DNA of 64,000 nt from a virus. This document shows positions 26,315 to 35,381 of the stretch, one piece after another. Every line of letters starts with the position of its first letter. Within the stretch, counting starts at the first letter, position 1. The translations under genes and the position numbers were made by a program. Under the pieces are notes generated by a model. It made no database searches. It saw only the letters and a program-made list of their open reading frames with translations, and was not told where the DNA came from. The DNA lies in IMG/VR virus record IMGVR_UViG_3300019487_000002. One strand, given 5' to 3'.

Positions 26315-28464
26315 TGCCGACTAAAACAGAAATTATACCCGCGAAAGAAGGGGTTGAAAGCTCCATCATTCTTCCGCCTTCAGTAAGACCCTGCCCCAAC
26401 CTTTTTCGCCCTATTCTCGTAGAGTCCATTGAGTCTCAACGAGAATTAGAACGCAAAATCTCCGCAGCAACTCGTCTCGCAGTCGATACTGAAACCACCG
26501 GCCTCAAAGTAGACCGCGATAAGATCATAGGTATTTGTATCGCCGCTCCTCCATGGGAAGAAGGTTTTTATGTTCCCATGTTCAACAGCCCAGAAGGAAC
26601 CATATACTGGCAAAGCCAGAAACGCTTTGAGTGGTTCATTGATTTTTTCAAGGCAATCCTGGAGAGTGATATCGAGAAGTATTTCCATAATCTTTTATAC
26701 GACGTTCCTATTCTCTATTTTAATTTCGACATTGTAGTGCGGGGTATCAAGGGTGACACTATGTTGAAGTCTCACATAGTAGATGCAGACTCGGAACATG
26801 GATTGAAAGAGCTTGCCGTAAAGAAAATTCACCCCGAGGCAGATTGGTACGAACAGGAATTAAAGCGATGGAATAAAGCTGTAGGAGGGACAGAGGACAA
26901 TCCGAAATATTGGCTTATCCCAGCCCAAGAAGTCGCCAACTACGGTGCAGGCGACGTGGTATGGACGGGACGCCTCGAAGACAATCTTGAAACAGGATTA
27001 ATCGAAACGACGAAAGCGGTTTATGACGTTATCACTATGCCGCTAACCACCAATTTACTGGATATGCGAGTCCACGGAGTTAAACTCGACAAAGAATATC
27101 TAGAAAATGGTGAACGTTGGTACGACGCTGAAATGGAAGTCCTTATGGACAAAATCCGTAAAAGCGTTGGCGATCCTGCATTTAATCCCAGTTCATCCGA
27201 TCAACTCCGCGAGAAATTATACGATCAATTAAAACTTCCCGGTGGTCGGAAGACCAAAAAGGGATACAGCACAGACGAGACTGAGCTTAAACGCCTAAAG
27301 GGAATGCACCCCCTTGTTGATAGCATTATTGAATATCGTGCAGCAGAAAAGCTAAAAGGTACCTATTTCACGGGACTTCTTTCTGACATAGGGCCGGATG
27401 GGTTTTACCGTACAGACCCTAAAGTCCACGGGACACGCACTGGTCGTTTAAGTATGGCTCGATTGCATCAGATTCCCCATGGGCCGTTGGTACGTCAAGC
27501 GTTTATTGCAGAAGACGGCTGGGTGCTAGTAGGCGGTGACCACTCACAGCTAGAAGCTCGTGTCCTCACTCATTACTGCCAAGACCCAGAGCTACTTAAT
27601 ATTTACCGGGAAGACCGCGATATTCATTCGGCGACCGCTAAATTCATGATGGGCTTACCGTGTCTCGTAGAGGAAGTAGAGGAACTATTCCCCGAAGCCA
27701 GACGCCTGGGGAAGTCAGTAAACTTCGCTTTATTGTACCTCGAAACGGTATATGGCCTCATGCGTCAGCTTGAGATTGATAAAGAAACCGCCCAAAAGTA
27801 TTATGATAAGTTCTTCCAGCTATACACTAAAATCAAGCCTTGGGCCAAAAAAGAAGTGTTTGAAGCAAAAGCGAATGGATTTGTCGAAATGCTTTTTGGT
27901 CGAAGACGGTATATCCCCGATCTTAAAAAAATTCCTCCGCATGAGGCTCCTCGATATCCAAGGCCCCGTCCTAGCTGTTACGGCGTATTAAAGAAATATG
28001 GCGGAATAGCCATGTCGGTGCAGTATGAGTTGAGCATGGATTTGGAAGAATGGACAAAAGAAATAGCCGAGGGAATTCGCCCATTGCTTAAAAGTGCTAA
28101 AAAGGATGCATGCTCGACTTGCCCTTTTCTCTGGGAGTGCTATTATACAACTGAGTTCAAGCGTTCGTTCAAAGAAATTGAACACGTGGAGAGACAGGCT
28201 GTTAATACGAAGATTCAAGGGTCAGCAGCAGATTTGACTAACCTTGGAATTGTACGAACAGGAGAAATGATTCGTCGTCACGGCTACAACGCGATCCTTA
28301 CAAACTATGTCCATGACGAAGTTATATTTAGGGTGCCGGCAGATTCAAATGTGGATCAATTCAAAAAGGATTTTGAACGAGAAATGACAAGTGTGTCTGA
28401 ATACATCAGCGTTCCATTAAAGTTCAAGCCAAAAGTCGCCAAAGATTGGGCGCATCTCAAGTAG
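26314..28464 (+). CDS. polA: family A DNA polymerase with 3'-5' exonuclease domain
   Basis: ExoI DTETTGL; pol motif A GGDHSQLEARVL; motif B KSVNFALLY; NTKIQGSAADL; motif C YVHDEVIF. GTG start overlaps the upstream stop. Confidence 0.9.
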   Translation: MPTKTEIIPAKEGVESSIILPPSVRPCPNLFRPILVESIESQRELERKISAATRLAVDTETTGLKVDRDKIIGICIAAPPWEEGFYVPMFNSPEGTIYWQSQKRFEWFIDFFKAILESDIEKYFHNLLYDVPILYFNFDIVVRGIKGDTMLKSHIVDADSEHGLKELAVKKIHPEADWYEQELKRWNKAVGGTEDNPKYWLIPAQEVANYGAGDVVWTGRLEDNLETGLIETTKAVYDVITMPLTTNLLDMRVHGVKLDKEYLENGERWYDAEMEVLMDKIRKSVGDPAFNPSSSDQLREKLYDQLKLPGGRKTKKGYSTDETELKRLKGMHPLVDSIIEYRAAEKLKGTYFTGLLSDIGPDGFYRTDPKVHGTRTGRLSMARLHQIPHGPLVRQAFIAEDGWVLVGGDHSQLEARVLTHYCQDPELLNIYREDRDIHSATAKFMMGLPCLVEEVEELFPEARRLGKSVNFALLYLETVYGLMRQLEIDKETAQKYYDKFFQLYTKIKPWAKKEVFEAKANGFVEMLFGRRRYIPDLKKIPPHEAPRYPRPRPSCYGVLKKYGGIAMSVQYELSMDLEEWTKEIAEGIRPLLKSAKKDACSTCPFLWECYYTTEFKRSFKEIEHVERQAVNTKIQGSAADLTNLGIVRTGEMIRRHGYNAILTNYVHDEVIFRVPADSNVDQFKKDFEREMTSVSEYISVPLKFKPKVAKDWAHLK

Positions 28465-28472
28465 GAGTACAA

Positions 28473-29081
28473 ATGGAAGTTATCGTCCAAGGACAATCCA
28501 CCAAGAACTTTCTGATTATCGTAAAAGATGAACATGGTGAGGACCAATTCAATATTTCTGATCTTCTATTGATTGATGAAAACGATCTAGAGCGTGAGGT
28601 TAAGCATTGCGCGGCGGATGAACATTATTGGCACCAGCTTGCCATCGACGCCGATCATCAGCGTGAAGAATTCGAGAAAATTGACTATGCTCAGTATATT
28701 GCTCATACAGAGAAGTACGCGAAGTATTACTTGAAAGGTTCTGGCGATAAGAATTTCACTGGTGCTGCTCGTGAGAGTGCTGCTATGCTGATTTTCTCTC
28801 GTAAAGCGACGGAGGATGATAAAAAGGTATACGCAGAAACAGCGTACAAAGGTTATACTTCGGAAACATCGAGCATCGGTGTAAAATCGAAGAGTTTGGG
28901 AGAATTTACCGACGATATGTTTTTATATGATCCGACATATGAAGACGCCCAGACGCACTTGCTTGCATTGAAGCACCGTGCTGAGCGGCTCAAGGCGGTT
29001 TCATCAGCATTCAATACAAAAAGCTGGAGCATCAAGACTTTAGCCGCAGATCGTCGGGCGGCAATGCAGAGCAATATTTAA
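28473..29081 (+). CDS. hypothetical protein
   Basis: ATG 28473 follows AGGAG; 202 aa. Confidence 0.6.
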   Translation: MEVIVQGQSTKNFLIIVKDEHGEDQFNISDLLLIDENDLEREVKHCAADEHYWHQLAIDADHQREEFEKIDYAQYIAHTEKYAKYYLKGSGDKNFTGAARESAAMLIFSRKATEDDKKVYAETAYKGYTSETSSIGVKSKSLGEFTDDMFLYDPTYEDAQTHLLALKHRAERLKAVSSAFNTKSWSIKTLAADRRAAMQSNI

Positions 29082-29951
29082 TGGCGAAGGAAACTCAATA
29101 CAGTCATATTGACGATTCCGTTAACTTCATTGATAAGTTTGGCCCAGGGTCGTATTTTGAATCTCGCTATGTACGTCGGCATCCAGAATATGTCGCGTGT
29201 TACCTTTCAACGCAGACCGGCTGCGAACACAACTGCCGCATGTGTCATTTAACTATCACCGGGCAAAACAAAAACGTCAAAGACGCTTCAATAGTTGATT
29301 TATTCCTTCAGGCTGAAGATGTTTTAACTCATTATGCCAAAACGTCAGAGAAGCGGGCTTCAGTAGTCCATTTACAACTTCATGGCAAGGGGAGAACCGC
29401 TCGCAAGCACCGCGATCTTACTCAAAAATGAAGAATTGTTCCTGGGATTGGCACGCTTAGCTAAGCACCATGATCTCAGGCCACGCTTTTTGATTTCTAG
29501 CATATTGCCACAATCCTTCACTCGGGAATTTGAAGAAGTATTTCCTATTATTCACCCAGAAATATATTATTCTTTATACAGTCTGAACGAGGATTTCCGA
29601 AAGCGATGGGTTCCACAAGCGATGCCGGTTATTGAGGCGCTTGGGAAACTATATAGGTGGCAGAGGTATTCCAAAAAAATTATTCGTATCCATCACGCAC
29701 TCATTGCAGGCGAGAACGATAGTGACGAAGATGCAAAGGCAGTAGGTCATGCAATTACCACGTGTAGATTGCGCGCCGACTTCACACTTGTTCGTTATAA
29801 TCCACCGAATGAAAGCAGCCGAGAATCGGAATGGTACGAACGGTATGCTCAAACGCTCAAGAAATGGTCTCCCAACGAAACACGCATAAAAGTGCTCAAT
29901 CGTGTGGGATATGACGTGAAAGCTTCATGCGGAATGTTCGTAGGCCCATAG
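29081..29951 (+). CDS. RlmN/Cfr-family radical-SAM methyltransferase-like gene, interrupted by a +1 frame change near 29371-29373
   Basis: CYLSTQTGCEHNCRMC (the upstream Cys plus CxxxCxxC) is in ORF 29081..29431. FMARGEPL, TLVRYNPP and the C-terminal GYDVKASCGMF are in ORF 29382..29951. Skipping one T of the TTT run gives a continuous VVHYNFMARGEPL. Confidence 0.7.
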
Positions 29952-30208
29952 GCAACTGCTACGTGACTTCAGAGGCGTTGTTTCATCTTCTTGGTGGAAA
30001 ACGCGCTGGATGGAAGCCCATGCGTGTCAAAATGACGAAAGGCACTCATTGGTTTTTACAGCACGCGACCGGCATCATTGTAGACCCCACGAAGAAGCAA
30101 TTTGGGATTAATCGCGTTCCATACGGTAAAGCAGTGGGTTGTGGATTTTTGACAAAGAAGCCTAGTCATAGAGCGAAAAAATTAATGAAAACTTTGGTGT
30201 GGCAATGA
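29927..30208 (+). CDS. hypothetical protein
   Basis: 93-aa ORF. Confidence 0.55.
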   Translation: MRNVRRPIGNCYVTSEALFHLLGGKRAGWKPMRVKMTKGTHWFLQHATGIIVDPTKKQFGINRVPYGKAVGCGFLTKKPSHRAKKLMKTLVWQ

Positions 30209-30423
30209 GGGGATTTGGTAAAGGCGTTCAGATCATAGAACAAGAAAGCGGAGAGATAGAATTCACCTTCGTTTCCCACAATCGATATGTATTCGCCAGT
30301 CCAATCACAGTAAGGTATTTGTTCCCATCATGGACAAGCGCCGTCAATTTTCTCAAAATGTGGGACGTATTTGAGAACGTCCAGTGGTGGGATACGCAAG
30401 GAAATGAATTGACGCCAAGCTGA
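30199..30423 (+). CDS. hypothetical protein
   Basis: 74-aa ORF. Confidence 0.5.
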   Translation: MAMRGFGKGVQIIEQESGEIEFTFVSHNRYVFASPITVRYLFPSWTSAVNFLKMWDVFENVQWWDTQGNELTPS

Positions 30424-30464
30424 TAAATGCTATCATTAAACTTGAAAATAGTTAGGAGGACACA

Positions 30465-31586
30465 ATGGTCGATATTGATTACCCACACGAATTAGATTTT
30501 GAAGATGAGACGCAGAAGGAAGGTTCACGCAAGGAGTTCAAGCGTGATCCAAACCTTTTCCGCATGCTGCCATCAGAAGATAGGAAAAAGGAAGACAATC
30601 GCCTATTCTTCTTGTCCTTCAACCTCAATCGATTCAGCTTCTTCCAGGGTTGGCCGGATATGGGCAACTTTTACGCGAAGCTTGCTGTTCACTGGGTTGA
30701 ACAGGCCGACGAAAACGGAAATGTTCGTCGCGTGATGGTGCTCTGCGAACGTAAGATGAACGAATACGCGAAGGCACTCTCTCAGGCCAATAAGCCGGTT
30801 CCGGCTGTATTCGAAGACAACGACTGTGCTTTTTGTACTCGTTCCCAGCTTTATTGGGATGATTACCGCGACAAGCGCAAGGAAGCTGGCATCGAGAATC
30901 TGTCCAAGGAAGAGTTCAAGGAAGTCATGTCCAAGCATCCCGAAGTCACTAAGATTCGTGAGCTAGCGCGTGAATGGCAAGCCAATGACCGTTTCTACTT
31001 CGCGGTCTACGACGTAGATAAGGCCCAGGGAAACAAAGACCTTGACCCAGGCGACGAGGGCGTGGTTCGTATTCAGGGATATTTTGGCCCCGACTCGATC
31101 ATGTCCCAGCTATATCGGAAGTTCAAGAATAAGAATCGCTTCTTCAAGTTTGATACAAACGAATATCGAGTCGTTAATGTGACGCGGGACAATACCCGTA
31201 GTGCCCAGTTTTGTGAATACCTGCTCGATATCGAAGGAGAAATTCCAGATGTTCCAGCCGAAATCCTCACTTACTTGCAGGCTGGAGAAGATATTCCTGA
31301 TCCAAGTCAGTGGGTTCAGTTATGGACCCCCGAACAGAAGCAGGCATATGTCGATAACTTCGGCGCTGGTGCTCCGACTAAGGCGACTAAGCCGGCTGTC
31401 TCTCGGCCAGCGGTAGCGAAACCGACTATTGCTCCCGCTCCTCCAACTCCTGCCCCAAGGCAGGCGTCGTCGGTTCCCACACGCCCGGTGCGTCCGACAG
31501 TGACTCCTACCGCACCGTCTACACCGGCAGCCACTACTACTGATTCACCGTCTGTTCCGAAGCGGCCTCGCGCTTCTTGGAGGTAA
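30465..31586 (+). CDS. ssDNA-binding protein, T4 gp32-like
   Basis: SD AGGAGG. FRMLPS (compare gp32 RFLPS), a Cys pair CAFC, then FYFAVYDV, matching gp32 block order. It sits directly upstream of recA. The C-terminal tail is P/T/A-rich. Confidence 0.6.
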   Translation: MVDIDYPHELDFEDETQKEGSRKEFKRDPNLFRMLPSEDRKKEDNRLFFLSFNLNRFSFFQGWPDMGNFYAKLAVHWVEQADENGNVRRVMVLCERKMNEYAKALSQANKPVPAVFEDNDCAFCTRSQLYWDDYRDKRKEAGIENLSKEEFKEVMSKHPEVTKIRELAREWQANDRFYFAVYDVDKAQGNKDLDPGDEGVVRIQGYFGPDSIMSQLYRKFKNKNRFFKFDTNEYRVVNVTRDNTRSAQFCEYLLDIEGEIPDVPAEILTYLQAGEDIPDPSQWVQLWTPEQKQAYVDNFGAGAPTKATKPAVSRPAVAKPTIAPAPPTPAPRQASSVPTRPVRPTVTPTAPSTPAATTTDSPSVPKRPRASWR

Positions 31587-32596
31587 TCTTGGTTCCTCGT
31601 AAACCAGCCGAAAAGGTGGCCTTTGTATCTCCTCCGGGAGCGGCACAGGCCATCGGAAATTATCTAGAAGGATTCAAAAAACAATTTGGGGCTGAATCTG
31701 CTTTCACGCTAGATGGAGACAGTCTTCCAAGTGTCGAGGTTATCCCAACAGATATCTACACACTGGATAAAGCTCTCGGCGTAGGTGGAATTCCCCGAGG
31801 CCGAATTATAGAAATTTATGGCCCTGAATCAACGGGGAAATCTACGCTTGCTATTCATATTGCCGCAAAGGCTCAAAACCTGGGCGGCATTGTGCATTAC
31901 ATCGATGCGGAACATGCGCTTGATTTAGAATATGCTTCTAAGCTGGGGCTCGATTTAGCACAAGTCCCGATCTCCCAACCCGATAACGGAGAACAGGCGT
32001 TGTCTATGACAGTATTTGCCGCAGAGAGACACGCAAATATTGTCGTCGTAGATTCGGTAGCTGCGCTGGTTCCTAAATCAGAAATTGAAGGTGATATGGG
32101 CGATCCTCAAATGGGCTTACAAGCTCGCCTCATGTCTCAAGCTATGCGAAAACTGGCAGGCATTGCTAGTAAGAACAATACAACCATTGTTTTCATCAAT
32201 CAGCTACGCATGAAGATCGGAGTCATGTTTGGCAATCCAGAAACCACTACGGGCGGTAATGCGTTGAAATTCTACTCTTCTATTCGTCTTGATGTACGGA
32301 AAGTCGGAACTCTTAAGAAAGATGATGAAGCAATCGGCCATACCATGAAAATCAAAATTGTGAAAAACAAAGTAGCACCGCCATTTCGAGAAGCCGAAGT
32401 AGACTTAATATATGGAAAAGGTTTTGATACCGTTAAGCCATATTTAATTGGCGGCGTGGAAAAAGGACTAGTAGAAAAAGCCGGTGCATGGTATTCTTTC
32501 AACGGCGAGCGAATCGGGCAGGGAGAAGCAAATGCGTGTGATTTTCTACGCACAAACCCGGAAAAGCTCGACAATCTAAAAAGGAGTCTCCTATGA
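31577..32596 (+). CDS. recA: RecA recombinase
   Basis: IEIYGPESTGKSTLA (Walker A) and IVVVDSVAALVP (Walker B); full-length RecA core. TTG start at 31577. Confidence 0.9.
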   Translation: MEVILVPRKPAEKVAFVSPPGAAQAIGNYLEGFKKQFGAESAFTLDGDSLPSVEVIPTDIYTLDKALGVGGIPRGRIIEIYGPESTGKSTLAIHIAAKAQNLGGIVHYIDAEHALDLEYASKLGLDLAQVPISQPDNGEQALSMTVFAAERHANIVVVDSVAALVPKSEIEGDMGDPQMGLQARLMSQAMRKLAGIASKNNTTIVFINQLRMKIGVMFGNPETTTGGNALKFYSSIRLDVRKVGTLKKDDEAIGHTMKIKIVKNKVAPPFREAEVDLIYGKGFDTVKPYLIGGVEKGLVEKAGAWYSFNGERIGQGEANACDFLRTNPEKLDNLKRSLL

Positions 32597-32748
32597 TCGG
32601 TGATGATGAAGATTTGGACCGCTGCGCTGATTGTGGTGAATATGTAGATGAGTGTGTCTGCTACATATCCTATGACGGCGAAGAATACGGGCCGTATGAT
32701 GGTTATGACGGCGAATACGATACATATGACGGTGAAGAAGACGAATGA
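32593..32748 (+). CDS. hypothetical very acidic Cys/Tyr-rich miniprotein
   Basis: 51 aa. AAGGAG lies 6 nt upstream. ATGA junctions with recA and with the next gene. CADCGEYVDECVC is followed by YDG(E) repeats. Confidence 0.45.
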   Translation: MIGDDEDLDRCADCGEYVDECVCYISYDGEEYGPYDGYDGEYDTYDGEEDE

Positions 32749-33161
32749 CTCGTCTGGAATCTACAGGCTCCAAGAGAAAAGTGTTTGTCCTTTACTCTTG
32801 GGAAGATTTTGAAAATGATCTTCGACAGATCAAAGTATTTCTTGAAGGTCGAAGTAGACTCTACACCGGAATTTATGCAATTCCCAGAGGCGGGCTGGTC
32901 TTAGGCGTCAGGCTGTCTCATGAGTTGGATTTACCGCTTATCTATGGCGGTGTAACGTCAGATACGTTAGTAGTAGATGAAATCGCGGACACTGGGGATG
33001 CCCTTCACCCATATTTGAAGAAGTGCGATACCATTGTTCTGCATCGAAATATTCGTTGCCCGATAAAGCCTACATTTTGGGCGCAGGATTCTGATGGATA
33101 TGTTATTTATCCTTGGGAATCACGAACGAGGGAAATAGAAAGATGCTCCATAGAGGATTGA
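32745..33161 (+). CDS. purine phosphoribosyltransferase-like
   Basis: PRPP-binding motif LVVDEIADTGDAL; 138 aa. Confidence 0.7.
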   Translation: MTRLESTGSKRKVFVLYSWEDFENDLRQIKVFLEGRSRLYTGIYAIPRGGLVLGVRLSHELDLPLIYGGVTSDTLVVDEIADTGDALHPYLKKCDTIVLHRNIRCPIKPTFWAQDSDGYVIYPWESRTREIERCSIED

Positions 33162-34213
33162 CGTTTGATGACGTTTTATTGGTCCCAAACTATAATGACT
33201 TCCGTTCACGTTCAGCCGTAACGACCATTGCTTCGCTCGACCGGCTTACTTTTAATATTCCAATTATAGCTGCAAACATGGACACCATTTGTGGTGCCGA
33301 AATGGCCCGCAAAATGTGGACATTGGGCGGATTAGGAATAATCCATCGGTTCATGCCAGTGGATCAGAACGTTGAAGAATACAAGAAAGCCGCCGAGCCT
33401 ATTTATTATGGACATTCTGCAAGAGGATATCTTGTTCCTTCTCATATGGATACACCTATCATCGGCGTGACTGTCGGTGTCAACGAAGGCTTAGAACGGG
33501 CAGAAGCGTTATATACCGCCGGCGCGTGGTTATTCTGTGTAGACGTAGCCCATGGGCACTCTCGCCTAACAGGTAAGATGGTCAAGGCTTTACGGGAGCG
33601 ATTCAATCAGGAAATCTTTATTATCGCTGGGAACGTCGCTACTTACGCAGGTGCCGATTACTTAGCTGGATGCGGTGCCGACGCTATCAAAGTTGGCATC
33701 GGCCCTGGTTCAGTTTGTACCACGCGCATGAAAACGGGATTCGGTGTTCCACAGATAACAGCCATTATGGAATGCAGTCGGTCACGTCGTCCTATTATTG
33801 CTGATGGTGGGATGCGTTCTCCCGGCGATGTAGTCAAAGCTCTTGCAGCCGGCGCCAGTATGGTTATGCTCGGTGGTATGTTGGCTGGAACATTAGAAAC
33901 CCCCGGCGAGGTTATATACCCAGAAGGGGAAGGTCCGGTTGGGCCAATAAAGGTCTTCCGAGGCATGGCTTCAGAAGAAGCCCACAGCGATTATTATGGG
34001 GATTTGCCTGATTGGAAAACAGCAGAAGGCGTGAGCATTACAGTACCGGCCCGTGGTAGCGTTGAAGAAGTCGTCAAGGACGTTGTGGGCGGATTACGTT
34101 CGGGCTTGACGTATTGCGGTGCATCTAATGTAACTGAACTACAGAGCAGAGTCGAATTTATAGAAGTTACGCGAGCGTCTTATGTCGAAGGTACACCCCA
34201 TGGCAAGCAATAA
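33143..34213 (+). CDS. GMP reductase-like (IMPDH/GMPR family, no CBS insert)
   Basis: [12 protein letters not shown], catalytic loop [14 protein letters not shown], and [22 protein letters not shown] 33143 follows GAGGGA. Confidence 0.8.
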   Translation: MLHRGLTFDDVLLVPNYNDFRSRSAVTTIASLDRLTFNIPIIAANMDTICGAEMARKMWTLGGLGIIHRFMPVDQNVEEYKKAAEPIYYGHSARGYLVPSHMDTPIIGVTVGVNEGLERAEALYTAGAWLFCVDVAHGHSRLTGKMVKALRERFNQEIFIIAGNVATYAGADYLAGCGADAIKVGIGPGSVCTTRMKTGFGVPQITAIMECSRSRRPIIADGGMRSPGDVVKALAAGASMVMLGGMLAGTLETPGEVIYPEGEGPVGPIKVFRGMASEEAHSDYYGDLPDWKTAEGVSITVPARGSVEEVVKDVVGGLRSGLTYCGASNVTELQSRVEFIEVTRASYVEGTPHGKQ

Positions 34214-34403
34214 AACATACCCCGTAATTAAATGGCTTAATAAAGAAAAGACAATCTTTAGAACCAGCCTTCAGTGCCCACGCTGTAACTCTCTTGAGCG
34301 CATTAGTCATACAACGGCCTATACCGGCTCCGACTGTCGGAAGTGTGAAGCCAATAGAGCAAATAAACAAGTTTGGTTTAAAAGAGGGGAATTACATACT
34401 TGA
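34200..34403 (+). CDS. hypothetical zinc-ribbon protein
   Basis: 67 aa with CPRC...CRKC. Confidence 0.45.
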   Translation: MASNKTYPVIKWLNKEKTIFRTSLQCPRCNSLERISHTTAYTGSDCRKCEANRANKQVWFKRGELHT

Positions 34404-34442
34404 CTCCCGAAAACGGTGAAGGCCGCAAGGAGGGACTGTCGC

Positions 34443-34766
34443 ATGAGTAAACTACTGGACCGCCCATTGACCTCTCTGACCGTCATGCCGCTGCATCCGA
34501 AGGGCGCACGGGACTACTGGGGCCATGACCTGCGCACCCGGCCAGGCGACCAGCTCCCCGCTCTCGATGAATACGTGGTGCAGTGGGACTGGCGCTGTCG
34601 CGGCTGCATCGAGAACGCCGAGACCTACGTCGCCTTCGGTCAGGACGCGCCGCTATGGTGGCAGCCAGCACCCGATGAGGAGCGGCTCTCGACGTTGTTG
34701 TCTGCGATGGTCGCGCGGAGCAGACGCTTCTGGGCGGATACGGTCGAAGAGGACGCGGGGGAGTGA
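34443..34766 (+). CDS. hypothetical protein in a G+C-rich island
   Basis: ATG 34443 follows AAGGAGGGA. All three overlapping frames are open here because of composition. Confidence 0.45.
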   Translation: MSKLLDRPLTSLTVMPLHPKGARDYWGHDLRTRPGDQLPALDEYVVQWDWRCRGCIENAETYVAFGQDAPLWWQPAPDEERLSTLLSAMVARSRRFWADTVEEDAGE

Positions 34767-34886
34767 AGTACGTAATTCCCTAAAAGAGGAGAAGAAAGAA
34801 AAAGATTTCGACCGGGGCGTTTTTCCGAGGCATTAAAACAAGGATGGATTTCTGAATCCGTTGCAGTCGGGCCAAGTCGAAAGAAA

Positions 34887-35381
34887 ATGACCCAATCTCT
34901 TAAGGAGATCGCGCTCCGTTGTTTTACAACACCTATAAAAGCAGGAAAAGGTCAGCGTCAAGAAGTTCGGGTCAGTAGACCTACCGGATTGCCACGGCAG
35001 GTAAAGTCAAGGATAGAATTTCTCGAAGCTATCCAAAAATTTAACGAAAAATGCTCTGCATGTCAAAATCCATTCGGCGTTTGTTACGCCATATTTATGG
35101 AAAATAGGTTTGAGCAAAACATACCCGAACATAGCCATTTTGGATTAACAAAGGCTCAGGGAAAGAGAATGAATGTTGCTACAGATGGTTGTGACTACCC
35201 AATGTGCGTGGCTTGTCAATTAATCCTAGGCAACAATAAAAGTGATGAATGGGATTCACTAGCTGATTTTGGAAATTACTCTGCGAATTTGCAGAAAGAA
35301 AGAGGGTACAAGGTACTTCGGAGGCGGGATGAAGACGGTAAAGTCTTATTCGAACCCATAAATGCGCTTAATAGTTTTTAG
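34887..35381 (+). CDS. hypothetical Cys-rich protein
   Basis: 164-aa ORF. Confidence 0.55.
   Translation: MTQSLKEIALRCFTTPIKAGKGQRQEVRVSRPTGLPRQVKSRIEFLEAIQKFNEKCSACQNPFGVCYAIFMENRFEQNIPEHSHFGLTKAQGKRMNVATDGCDYPMCVACQLILGNNKSDEWDSLADFGNYSANLQKERGYKVLRRRDEDGKVLFEPINALNSF

Noticed and set aside
27925-28185. Intein in PolA
   Set aside because: The insertion lacks an N-terminal Cys/Ser splice junction, a C-terminal HN-(C/S/T) motif and any endonuclease block. I treat it as a domain insertion.
31370-31570. Possible tandem DNA repeat at the 3' end of the SSB gene
   Set aside because: The region is compositionally biased (P/T/A codons), but I could not find a repeating DNA unit. I interpret it as a low-complexity protein tail.
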